Part shown: positions 18,493-28,800 of the stretch, piece after piece
Numbering within the stretch: position 1 is the stretch's first letter
Layout: every line of letters starts with the position of its first letter
Origin: an uncultured cyanobacterium
GTDB taxonomy: Bacteria > Cyanobacteriota > Cyanobacteriia > Cyanobacteriales > CAWUOF01
Assembly: GCA_963744145.1 (NCBI GenBank)
Contig: CAVUSO010000001.1
Span: forward strand, 3,392,001 to 3,456,000
DNA length: 64,000 nucleotides
Direction: 5' to 3'
The notes under the pieces: model-generated
Database searches by the model: none
Told to the model about the DNA's origin: nothing
What the model saw: only the letters and a program-made list of their open reading frames with translations
Made by a program: the position numbers and the translations under genes

Positions 18493-20819
18493 CTACCACA
18501 TCTCCTTTCTCTCCTAAACAAATTGCTGCCGAGCGGCTAACTCTAGCTGAATATGACGAAATTGTCAAGCGTCTTGGACGTCATCCCAATCGCGCTGAAT
18601 TGGGAATGTTTGGGGTGATGTGGTCGGAGCATTGTTGTTATAAGAATTCTCGACCTCTATTAAAACAATTTCCCACCCAGGGCGATCGCATTCTGGTTGG
18701 ACCAGGAGAAAATGCAGGAGTAGTAGACTTAGGTGATGGACTCCGATTAGCTTTTAAAATTGAATCCCACAATCACCCTTCCGCAGTTGAACCGTTTCAA
18801 GGAGCAGCAACTGGTGTTGGTGGTATTCTCCGTGATATCTTTACGATGGGAGCACGTCCGATCGCTGTTCTCAATTCCCTTCGTTTTGGTTCCCTAGAAG
18901 ATCCTCGCACCCGCAGACTATTTAGTGGAGTAATATCAGGAATCTCTCACTATGGTAATTGTGTAGGTGTGCCCACAGTTGGAGGTGAAATTTATTTTGA
19001 TCCAGCATATAGTGGTAATCCCCTCGTCAATGTAATGGCTTTAGGATTAATGGAAACTCCGGAAATTGTCAAATCTGGTGCATCCGGAATTGGTAATCCT
19101 GTCCTTTATGTGGGTTCGACTACGGGTCGAGATGGCATGGGAGGAGCAGCTTTTGCCAGTGTAGAATTGAGTAGTGCTGCTAAAGATGAGCGTCCTGCTG
19201 TGCAAGTAGGTGATCCGTTCTTAGAAAAATCCTTAATTGAAGCTTGTTTAGAAGCATTTAAAACAGGTGCAGTAGTTGCAGCACAGGATATGGGAGCTGC
19301 TGGAATTACCTGTTCCACTTCAGAAATGGCTGCAAAAGGTGGTGTAGGAATTGATTTTGATTTAGATAAAATTCCAGTTCGGGAAATGGGAATGGTTCCC
19401 TATGAATATTTGCTGTCTGAATCCCAAGAACGGATGTTATTTGTTGCTCATCAAGGAAGAGAACAAGAATTAATTGATATTTTTCATCGCTGGGGATTAC
19501 AAGCAGTAGTAGCAGGAACAGTTATTGCTGAACCGATCGTGCGGATTTGGTTTGAAGGTAAAATTGCTGCCCAAATTCCCGCTACTGCTTTAGCTGATAA
19601 TACTCCCATTTATGAGCGGGAATTATTGCCAAATCCCCCAGAATATGCAACTAAAGCTTGGGAATGGCAAATAAATTCTTTACCAAATTGGACTAAATAT
19701 GGGATTAAAATTGCTGGCAGTATGAAAACTGCTAATGAGATTTTACTTCAGTTATTAGAGACACCAACGATCGCTTCTAAGAATTGGGTTTATCGTCAAT
19801 ATGACCATCAAGTCCAAAATAATACTGTAATTCTACCAGGTGATGCGGATGCGGCAGTAATCAGATTGCGTCCGTTAGAAACTTTAGAGCCAAAATCTAA
19901 ATCTTATCCTGGAGTTGCAGCTACGGTTGATTGTAATGGACGTTATGTTTATCTTGATCCTTATGAAGGAGCAAAAGCTGTAGTAGCTGAAGCAGCTCGA
20001 AATCTGAGTTGTGTTGGTGCTGAACCTTTAGCTGTAACTGATAATCTTAATTTTGGTTCTCCGGAAAAACCAATTGGTTATTGGCAATTAGCTTCTGCTT
20101 GTCGAGGAATTGCAGTAGCTTGTCAAGAATTGGGTACTCCTGTTACTGGTGGCAATGTATCTCTTTATAATGAGACTTTAGATGCTCATGGTCAACCAAC
20201 CTCAATTTATCCCACTCCAGTGATCGGAATGGTGGGGTTAATTCCCGATTTGACGAAAATTTGTGGTCAAGGTTGGACAACCCCAGGAGATATTATTTAT
20301 TTATTAGGATTACCTTGGGGAACTGAACTGAGTTTAGGTGCTTCTGAGTATTTAGCAACGATTCATGGTGTAGTTGCAGGAAAACCCCCCATTGTAGATT
20401 TTGAGTTAGAACGACAAGTCCAAACTGCTTGTCGGACCGGAATTCGTCAAGGTTGGATTAATTCTGCTCACGATTGTGCTGAGGGAGGAGTCGCGATCGC
20501 ACTAGCTGAATCCTGTATTAGTGGTAATTTAGGTGCAGAAATTCATCTCCCATCCCAACTATCAATCCGGACTGATACACTTTTGTTTGCTGAAGGTGGA
20601 GCCAGAATTTTAGTTTCCGTAAAACCAGAAAAAATTGCTAGCTGGGAATCTGATCTAGCAACAGTTTTGGGTGAAAATTGGCAGAAAATTGGTTTAGTGG
20701 GAACGATCAATGGATCTTTAAGGGTTCTTACGGTTGATAACCTACCCTTAATCGACGTTACTATAGAAAATATACGCGATCGCTGGTACTACGCGATCGA
20801 ACGTCGTTTAGCGATTTAG
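18489..20819 (+). CDS. purL: Phosphoribosylformylglycinamidine synthase subunit PurL
   Basis: [45 protein letters not shown] at 18489 preferred over the TTG at 18438. Confidence 0.97.
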   Translation: MSTTSPFSPKQIAAERLTLAEYDEIVKRLGRHPNRAELGMFGVMWSEHCCYKNSRPLLKQFPTQGDRILVGPGENAGVVDLGDGLRLAFKIESHNHPSAVEPFQGAATGVGGILRDIFTMGARPIAVLNSLRFGSLEDPRTRRLFSGVISGISHYGNCVGVPTVGGEIYFDPAYSGNPLVNVMALGLMETPEIVKSGASGIGNPVLYVGSTTGRDGMGGAAFASVELSSAAKDERPAVQVGDPFLEKSLIEACLEAFKTGAVVAAQDMGAAGITCSTSEMAAKGGVGIDFDLDKIPVREMGMVPYEYLLSESQERMLFVAHQGREQELIDIFHRWGLQAVVAGTVIAEPIVRIWFEGKIAAQIPATALADNTPIYERELLPNPPEYATKAWEWQINSLPNWTKYGIKIAGSMKTANEILLQLLETPTIASKNWVYRQYDHQVQNNTVILPGDADAAVIRLRPLETLEPKSKSYPGVAATVDCNGRYVYLDPYEGAKAVVAEAARNLSCVGAEPLAVTDNLNFGSPEKPIGYWQLASACRGIAVACQELGTPVTGGNVSLYNETLDAHGQPTSIYPTPVIGMVGLIPDLTKICGQGWTTPGDIIYLLGLPWGTELSLGASEYLATIHGVVAGKPPIVDFELERQVQTACRTGIRQGWINSAHDCAEGGVAIALAESCISGNLGAEIHLPSQLSIRTDTLLFAEGGARILVSVKPEKIASWESDLATVLGENWQKIGLVGTINGSLRVLTVDNLPLIDVTIENIRDRWYYAIERRLAI

Positions 20820-20944
20820 TCCATTTTTGTGCCCAATTGTCTTTATGTTAAGAAATTATTAAGTTGAGTTATATTAAGGGAGTCTCTCAGCTTAAGTGTC
20901 AATTCCCCAGATTTACCGCTAATGTCAGGAGCTAAATTTTCATA

Positions 20945-22438
20945 ATGAATAATAATCACCCATTGGACTCAGATCAGGTTAGATCGGATTTTACCGAGTA
21001 TCTTGAAGAGCGAGTCGATAAACCCGAGGAAGCTTGTGGTGTTTTTGGGATCTATGCACCAGGTGAAGATGTTGCCAAAATGACTTACTTTGGATTATAT
21101 GCTTTACAGCATCGAGGTCAGGAATCAGCAGGAATTGCTACCTTTACCGCAGATCAGATGCACCTCCATAAGGATATGGGTCTAGTATCCCAGGTCTTTA
21201 ATGAATCTATTCTTAATGAACTTACAGGTAACCTCGCGATCGGTCATACCCGTTATTCTACTACAGGCTCGAGCCGAGTAGTCAATGCCCAACCTGCGGT
21301 AGTTTCCACTCGCTTAGGTCCATTAGCTTTAGCACATAATGGTAATATTGTCAATACTAGCGAACTACGGACAGAGTTATTAAGCCGAAATTGTAATTTT
21401 GTCAGCACCACAGATTCAGAAATGATCGCGATCGCGATCGGACAAGAAGTAGATGAAGGTAAAGATTGGTTAGATGCAGCGATCGCGGCTTTTCATCGAT
21501 GTCATGGAGCCTTTAGTTTAGCGATCGCGACCCCATTAGGATTGATGGGAGCCCGTGATCCCCATGGAATTCGTCCTCTAGTAATTGGCAAATTAACTAC
21601 CAACCCTAAACATTATGTGCTTGCTTCAGAAACTTGTGGATTAGATATTATTGGCGCACAATATATCCGCGATGTCGAACCAGGGGAATTAGTTTGGATT
21701 AATGAAGAAGGTTTGGCTTCGTTTTTCTGGGCAGAAAAACCCAAACAGAAGCTTTGTATTTTTGAAATGATTTATTTTGCCCGACCTGATAGTATTATGA
21801 ATGATGAAAGTTTATATAGCTATCGACTCCGCATCGGACGTTTATTAGCAGCAGAATCTCCAGCAGATGTGGATGTAGTGATTGGAGTTCCTGATTCGGG
21901 TATTCCCGCAGCGATCGGTTATTCCCAAGGTTCAGGTATTCCTTATGCAGAGGGATTAATCAAAAATCGCTATGTAGGGAGAACTTTTATTGAACCGACC
22001 CAAGCTATGCGCGAATCGGGAATTAAGATGAAACTTAACCCACTGAAAGATGTATTAGAAGGAAAACGAGTTCTGATTGTTGATGACTCAATTGTGCGCG
22101 GTACAACTAGTCGCAAAATTGTCAAAGCTTTACGAGATGCTGGTGCTACTGAAGTCCATATGCGCGTTTCTTCCCCTCCAGTTACCCATCCCTGCTTTTA
22201 TGGAATTGATACTGATTCCCAAGATCAATTAATCGCAGCAACTAAATCAATCGAAGCGATCGCTGCTCAAATTGGTGTAGATTCTCTAGCTTTCTTGAGT
22301 TGGGAAGGAATGCTCAAAGCTACTGGGGAAAATCCTCATAATTTTTGTTCTGCTTGTTTTACTGGTGATTATCCGATCGCCATTCCAGAAATGGTGAAAC
22401 GCTCTAAGCTAATGTTAGAAAAAGCAGGTAAATCCTAA
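20945..22438 (+). CDS. purF: Amidophosphoribosyltransferase
   Basis: EACGVFG N-terminal nucleophile, QHRGQESAG, PRPP-binding VDDSIVRGTTS. Confidence 0.97.
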   Translation: MNNNHPLDSDQVRSDFTEYLEERVDKPEEACGVFGIYAPGEDVAKMTYFGLYALQHRGQESAGIATFTADQMHLHKDMGLVSQVFNESILNELTGNLAIGHTRYSTTGSSRVVNAQPAVVSTRLGPLALAHNGNIVNTSELRTELLSRNCNFVSTTDSEMIAIAIGQEVDEGKDWLDAAIAAFHRCHGAFSLAIATPLGLMGARDPHGIRPLVIGKLTTNPKHYVLASETCGLDIIGAQYIRDVEPGELVWINEEGLASFFWAEKPKQKLCIFEMIYFARPDSIMNDESLYSYRLRIGRLLAAESPADVDVVIGVPDSGIPAAIGYSQGSGIPYAEGLIKNRYVGRTFIEPTQAMRESGIKMKLNPLKDVLEGKRVLIVDDSIVRGTTSRKIVKALRDAGATEVHMRVSSPPVTHPCFYGIDTDSQDQLIAATKSIEAIAAQIGVDSLAFLSWEGMLKATGENPHNFCSACFTGDYPIAIPEMVKRSKLMLEKAGKS

Positions 22439-22449
22439 ACGTAACTCCA

Positions 22450-22471
22450 GGGGCAGATCCTGATCTGCCCC
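22450..22471. terminator. Hairpin between convergent purF and chorismate lyase genes
   Basis: ggggcagatc-ct-gatctgcccc perfect 10-bp inverted repeat. Confidence 0.6.
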
Positions 22472-22474
22472 GCG

Positions 22475-23092
22475 CTATTTGGCTGTCGGTCCCAAATATT
22501 TAGTTAAATAAGGAGAAAAAACTTCATAAATTAGAGTTAACGGTTTGCCATGATGCCAAAATAAATAGTGACGACCCCAAAAAGGTCCTTTGTAGCCAAA
22601 ACCAACTTCTAAGACAACTGAGTTACCATAATAAATACCTTGCACATCTCGATACAACTCGGTGCGAAGACGAGCTAAACTAGCCCAAATCGGTAAGGAA
22701 CGATTCTGTAAATATTCATCCACATGACTTGCTTCCCACCAAGAAGTAGCATAAGCTAACCTTTGACCAGAAGTAGTGCGTAACCAAACTTGTCTTCTTA
22801 ATCTTGGTCCTGGAACTACTTGAATTAATTTCGGAGCATGATCTTCATCCATCCCCACTAAAGACATATCAATCACATCTACTTCCGTTGGTTCACCAGT
22901 TAACAATTGCAAATGACGGGTAGGAGAACCATCACCTAGCATTAATATTTGCCAAGCAGGTGCTAACTGATGATGGGGTAACCCTTGTTGAAATGTTTCT
23001 TCTCCTGCTTCCCAGACCGGATCGAGATAATACCAAGATGTTGAGTTTATCAATATGGGTTCCCACCAATTTGCCAGAAGGTAAAATAGCAA
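22475..23092 (-). CDS. Chorismate lyase (UbiC-like, cyanobacterial DUF98 type)
   Basis: LGDGSPTRHLQLLTG, RLRRQVWL, LAYATSWW, PLTLIYEVFSP; start codon uncertain. Confidence 0.85.
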   Translation of the reverse strand: MLFYLLANWWEPILINSTSWYYLDPVWEAGEETFQQGLPHHQLAPAWQILMLGDGSPTRHLQLLTGEPTEVDVIDMSLVGMDEDHAPKLIQVVPGPRLRRQVWLRTTSGQRLAYATSWWEASHVDEYLQNRSLPIWASLARLRTELYRDVQGIYYGNSVVLEVGFGYKGPFWGRHYLFWHHGKPLTLIYEVFSPYLTKYLGPTAK

Positions 23093-23098
23093 TCTAGC

Positions 23099-24899
23099 TT
23101 ATTTGCTAGATTTATCGTTTTTTGATAGAGAAATTTTGGGAACTTCTTTCACAACATCAGTTGGTTTTTGTACTTTTGCTGCTGTTGTTTGATTTGACTC
23201 TGGCAATTTGATTGGTTCAGCTAGCTTTGGTATGGTTGTTGCTAGTTTCTTTGGTTCTTCCAAGGGAACTAACTGGGGTGGAATGGGAATTCCATTGACA
23301 ATTGCGGGAAATTGAAACGGGGGTATAATTATTTCTTCTTTTTGATTTTGCTTGACTTCAACTTTACTCGCTGGTGGCTTTAATTCTTTAGTCAATTGAG
23401 CAACTTGGAAGTTTTTGACAAAGTGACCTAAAGCATATTCTAATTGATTACCAGGATCAATTGTTAACCAACCTTGTGAGGTCATTTGTCGGATTTCAAA
23501 GTGGAGATGGGGACCAGTAGAATAACCCGTACTTCCCACTCGACCAATTACTTTTCCTTGTTGAATTTCATCTCCTGGTTTCACAAATATTTCTGACATA
23601 TGACCATAGAGAGTTTCTAAACTTCCTTGCTTATGTTGGATCACTACTGCTAATCCATAACCTCCTAACCAGTCAGCAGTCTCTACTTTACCTGAATAAG
23701 CTGCTAATACTGGTGTACCCGCAGGTGCTCCTAAATCTGTACCAGAATGAAACTGTTGTTGACCAGAAATAGGATCAGTTCTCCAACCAAAAGCTGAAGT
23801 AATTGCTGCCGGAATTGAGAGCGGGAAAATGATATTATTGCCATTACCTAGTTGACCATTCAGATGCGGGGTTAAATTAGAAGATGCTCCCCAATCAGGT
23901 AGACTATTCAAATAAGTATTTTGGGCATTCAGATTAATTCCATTCGGACTCACATTTAATGGACCGACATTAATTGGTTCGATCGCGATCTCCGAACTTG
24001 GTTCAGATATAGTCTCTGGTGTTTCGGAAACTGCTGACGCTGAATCATTAGTTTCTGAATACTCTGCTGGAGGGTCGTTGGTTTCCGTTTCAGCATCACC
24101 TGGTTGATTATTCATTGCGATCGGCGCTTTCCAAGGAGTCGTTTCCGTTGGTACTGGTTCTGCTGCTACATAACGCTTCTGATGGACTGGTGGTGGTGTC
24201 CAAGCAGGTGGTGGTTCTGGGACTACATCATGCTCCTGAATGACTGGTGGGGGTTCTGGGACTACTTCTGCTCCAGGACTAGGATCATCTGGTTGATGAT
24301 CAACTGCAACTGGTGGTGTCCAAGGAGTGGTTTCCTCTGGGGGTGGGGGTGAGGGTGGTGCCCCATTGCAAGAATTAGAAACATCTTGTCCACCTTGGAC
24401 AACTGTTTGACAGCCCGTTGAGCGTTCATCGAATACTACACTAGAGGGGGCATCATCGTTTTTGGTAGCCCCAGTGCTATAATCAGTAGGATCAATATAG
24501 GCATTATTATTATAATCTACCTGATTGCCACCAATTGAAGGTTCAGGAATGGCAGATGGCTCAGGTGCTACATAAGCTGAGTGATGTTCAGGAATTGGTT
24601 CTTCTTGAACAGCAGGATTCGCGGGGAGATTCTGGAGAAGACCACTGAGGTGGTGGGGGAGCGATCGCAGTTTGGGGTGCGGTCGCAGTTGGAGCTGGTT
24701 CCCGAGAGTGAAAATCAAGTGCTGGTCCGGAATCTTGGTTAGGATGGACAACTACATCGGGTGAGGTTGGTGTTTTTGCCCAAACCACCCCACTACTAAA
24801 AATACCTAAACAGCCGAGCCAACTCACTCCCTGCACAATTCGGGAACATTGCCAAAAAACCTTTTCAGGAGTACGAGCAGAGTCGGGTTGCTGGTTCAT
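23099..24899 (-). CDS. M23 family metallopeptidase with Pro-rich N-region; apparent frameshift near 24623
   Basis: HSGTD and HLH Zn motifs, GYSTGPHLHFE; the signal/TM-bearing N-terminus (MNQQPDS...GVSWLGCLGIFSSGVVWA) is in another frame and joins if one G is removed from gggg at 24623-24626. Confidence 0.85.
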
Positions 24900-24945
24900 A
24901 AATATCAATATCCTCAAACTTTTAATTTGCACAAAGTAGGTTTGA

Positions 24946-25797
24946 TCAAGCACCCAGATCGTCAGAGTCATAGCCGAGACTAATTGTACCTGGTTTTAGA
25001 TAAATTTCTGAGCAATTTGGATTGGGTGAGGAAAGAAGTTGCACTCTTAATTCTCCCGTCGGTGTAATTCCCAAGACTACTCCCTGATTTCCTTCCACTC
25101 TAACTAAGCGACCGATGCTAGTTAGGAGTTCTTGGTAAGATTTTAACAGGGGATCTAGGTGGTCTTGAAAAGCTTGTTGGTATCCACAAATCAAGCCTTG
25201 TAATGTGCAAGCTGCTAACATTTCGATGGAGTTTAGGTGATGATTGATCTCGACCGTCTCAGTGAAATAAGATTGTAGATTAATTCCTGTTTCTGGAACA
25301 GGATTAGTCCAGTTAATCCCTACTCCGATCACAGCTTTAGTAATTCTTTCCTGATAGATTTTGGTTTCAGTAAGGATTCCCCCTAATTTACGTCCAGCGA
25401 GGATGAGATCATTGGGCCATTTAATCTCCACTGGTAATAGTCGATCGCGATAAGCTTGGGCAATGCCCCAGGCACTGCTAATAGTTAATAGCATAGCCTG
25501 GTCGATCCCAATTTGCGGTGCGATCGCCATTGATAAGTATAATCCTCCAGGAGCAGAAAGCCATTGACGTCCCCATTGTCCTTTACCAGCGTTTTGCTGA
25601 AGCGCAATTACTACTGTTCCTGGTCCAGCACCTTGTTCTAGCAAGTCCCAGAGAGTCTCGTTGGTGGAGTTAAGTCTCTCGAACAGGTGGAGCGAAAGTT
25701 GACCATCAGCCGAAAGTATTGCGGGATGAAGAATTTTGGGATTATCCCTGAGCATCCCTGCTAGGGCATTTTCTAATTTTTGGCGATCGAATTCCAC
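24946..25797 (-). CDS. birA: Biotin--[acetyl-CoA-carboxylase] ligase
   Basis: STN, QNAGKGQWGRQW, IKWPNDL, KLGGILTE, GVGIN motifs. Confidence 0.95.
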   Translation of the reverse strand: MEFDRQKLENALAGMLRDNPKILHPAILSADGQLSLHLFERLNSTNETLWDLLEQGAGPGTVVIALQQNAGKGQWGRQWLSAPGGLYLSMAIAPQIGIDQAMLLTISSAWGIAQAYRDRLLPVEIKWPNDLILAGRKLGGILTETKIYQERITKAVIGVGINWTNPVPETGINLQSYFTETVEINHHLNSIEMLAACTLQGLICGYQQAFQDHLDPLLKSYQELLTSIGRLVRVEGNQGVVLGITPTGELRVQLLSSPNPNCSEIYLKPGTISLGYDSDDLGA

Positions 25798-25883
25798 AAG
25801 ATTAAAAAATAAACCGCTTGTTAAGATAACACAAATCTTGAAAGAAGTAGTGAGAACTAAATACTGGATTTATTTATGTCCAA

Positions 25884-28800
25884 CTACTGAACCGGGGATT
25901 CAAACCAATCAGGATCATCACGAATAGCTGTAGCTTGCTGTTTACCCAGTAAAATCCGTCCTAAACGAAAGAAATATGTGGTCATTGCTGGGCGATCGCT
26001 CAATTTTCCCACGCTGATTTCCATTACTTCAAATCCCTTATTTTCCAGTTCCTCCCGCATCACGCGATCGCGCTGTTGTCGATCTGGATCTCCATGTAAG
26101 TGTTTACTCATCCCATCTAGGTAAATACAGATCCCTTCACTCCGTTCATTTGGGTCTTCATAAAAGAAATCAGGGGTAGTAATTCCTAATGGTTTCCCCA
26201 AATCAATAGTTTTTTGACAAATCGGAGTTGGGAAACCAGCTCTGATTAACATATCCCGCAGAATTGTTTCTTGATTATTCACTGGTTGCGCGGCTGAACT
26301 TACTTCAGGATTAGGTAATTGGGGAGGAATATCGTGACTGAAGCTTAATTCATGTCCCCATTCATTGATTTTTTCCCTGGCTCGATGGCGGTTTAAGTAA
26401 TGATGATAATAAGAGTTACGATAAGTAAATAAGCAATCAATACAAGCTGTATGACAAGCCGAAGGACAACGCACTACCACAGCTAAAGCCGCAGAAGTAA
26501 CATCTATCCATCGTTCTATAATTTGCTCTAATAATCCTGAACCACCTGGCATAGGATCGTATAGTAACACATCTACCTTTTGTTGACCAGGATAGGCGAT
26601 CGCTAGTAATTGTAAATCCTCCATTTCCATGTCTAAAACCTGGGCAGCACCAAAGCGAATTGCTTCGGCAATACTATAAGCTTCTTCTCGATTTTCACAA
26701 TCTTGGATACTTAAAGCATCGGCAATAACATCCGCAAAGAAACCTACTGATTCTACAGGTTTACTGCATCTTTCTTGGTGGTCTTTAGCAAATTGTTCCC
26801 GATCAGCTTGAGCTGCTAAAGGTGAGCGACTTTGACCACATACTAAACAAACGGGATAGCCTAAATTTCCGCTATTAACTAAACTTGCTGCTCCCATATT
26901 TACTAAGCGCAGATGTACTCCTTGACGTAGTTGGATAGTTCGATTTTGCCAATGATAAGCTTTACCTCCACTATGACGGTTTTGTTCGTAACCAATCACC
27001 GAGACTGGTAGTTGAAAACGGTAATTTTCTTCATCGGTGATGTGAGACTGATGGGGTAAATCTACGTCGCAGATGGGAACTGCACAAAGAGTTGTTGTCC
27101 CTAACCCTAACCTAGTTTCATTGACATTTACTCCTATTTCTGTTATGGCTTGATTGGCTAGGTCAATTTGAAATTGGGTAATCTGTTGTTGCGGTTCTAA
27201 ATGGAAAAAACGCGGGATAAAGCGATTACCATTAGCATAAATAAAGTTACCGGGAACATATTCACGCAGTGCCATTGCAGCGACCCGCGGTAACTCGAAA
27301 TCGGAGATATCTACTAAATGTCTTGGTACTTGTGCAGCCCCTAACACTGAACCAACTTCTAAGCCATAACCAGGGAGAAAACCTTCTGTTCCTAAGACAC
27401 TATAAGTATTACTATCATCATATCCTGCTGCTTCTAATTTACTCCGAGTTTGAATACCTTTAAGTTTTTTAACTAATCGGTTACAACGCGATCGCAAAGC
27501 TTCTTCATCTGGATCTAAAGTACCCTTTTTTTTGCGAACATTTTCCAGTCTTTCCATTTGCTCTAATGCCCATTGAAGTCTGCGCCAAATCCTTTTGATT
27601 ATGTCTGTAAGTTGGGCACTTATATTTTGAATATATTCATGTAATATTGAGTTTGATATAATATTTTTAAATTCCGATGGCCAACCTGGTGAGAAACAGG
27701 TATAAACATGATTGAAAATAGCAGTTTCATGTTTAGTTATTAAGGTATTAAGGTGATCTACTGATAAAGGAAGTGAACGGAGATGATTTTGCTCATCAAA
27801 AAAGTATTTTTTGACTTGATGAGGGAAACAGTCATCTAATATTTGTTTAATTTCTTGACGTTCTATTTCATTCAAATTACTACCAACCCGCGACAATTGA
27901 TGTAAAATTGTCAGGATAGCAGCATGAACGTGTTTTCTTACCATTAGACTATTACGGAGATTAAATCGAGGTGGTAAGATGACACCTTGTAGGAGTTTTA
28001 ATGGATCATTAAAATAGGCGCGATCGTGACTTGCTTGGCGACAATATGTTAAATTTACTGCCATCTGATGTTGACGACCTGCACGACCTGCACGTTGCCA
28101 ATAATTAGCAGGTAAGGGTGGCACATTTCGCATTAAAATTGCATCAAGGGAACCAATATTTATGCCCATTTCTAAGGTTGGAGTACAAACCAAAGTATTA
28201 ATTAGTTCGTTATTACCCTTGAATATATTTTCTAAAAACTCTCGATCTTTGGCGGGTACTTGAGCAGAATGTTCCCGAGGACGAATCATCGCAAATTGCT
28301 GATCTAATACCATTAAATTATAATCATCAGGATTTTCGATTTGAAACTGAAGATTACCATGACAACGCCAAGTCATGCAGACCATTTTCGGAGTAGCATG
28401 AGTGTAAGGACGACGGCAAATTTGACAGCGATAAACACCTTGATGGGGAGCAATGCGTAATTTATCGGCATCAATTTGGCGGACATCTGTACACTTAGGA
28501 ATAGCACGGTTACGCCAACCAGTGAGAGTGACAGGAACAAGTAATTTTAGGTCTTCATTGAGAAGTTGCCAAAGTTCATCATAGAATTCGGGGATAATTT
28601 CTTTGGAGATACCCCAACGAGATGCTGCTTGACGTGCCAAGGTATCACCTTTATTACTCAACCATTGTTGCACCCGGTTTTCATCATCAGATCCAGTACG
28701 TTGCAGTTTTAAAGCTTTGGGAATACCTGGAAGTAGAGGTAAATAACCACGCTGAATTTCAAAGTCTCCTTCTTGCCAATATTTGGAAAAAATATGTCCT

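Noticed and set aside
15905..18540. ORFs 15905-16150 and 18355-18540 that resemble each other
   Set aside because: The similarity comes from the duplicated purL upstream DNA; there is no evidence they are real proteins
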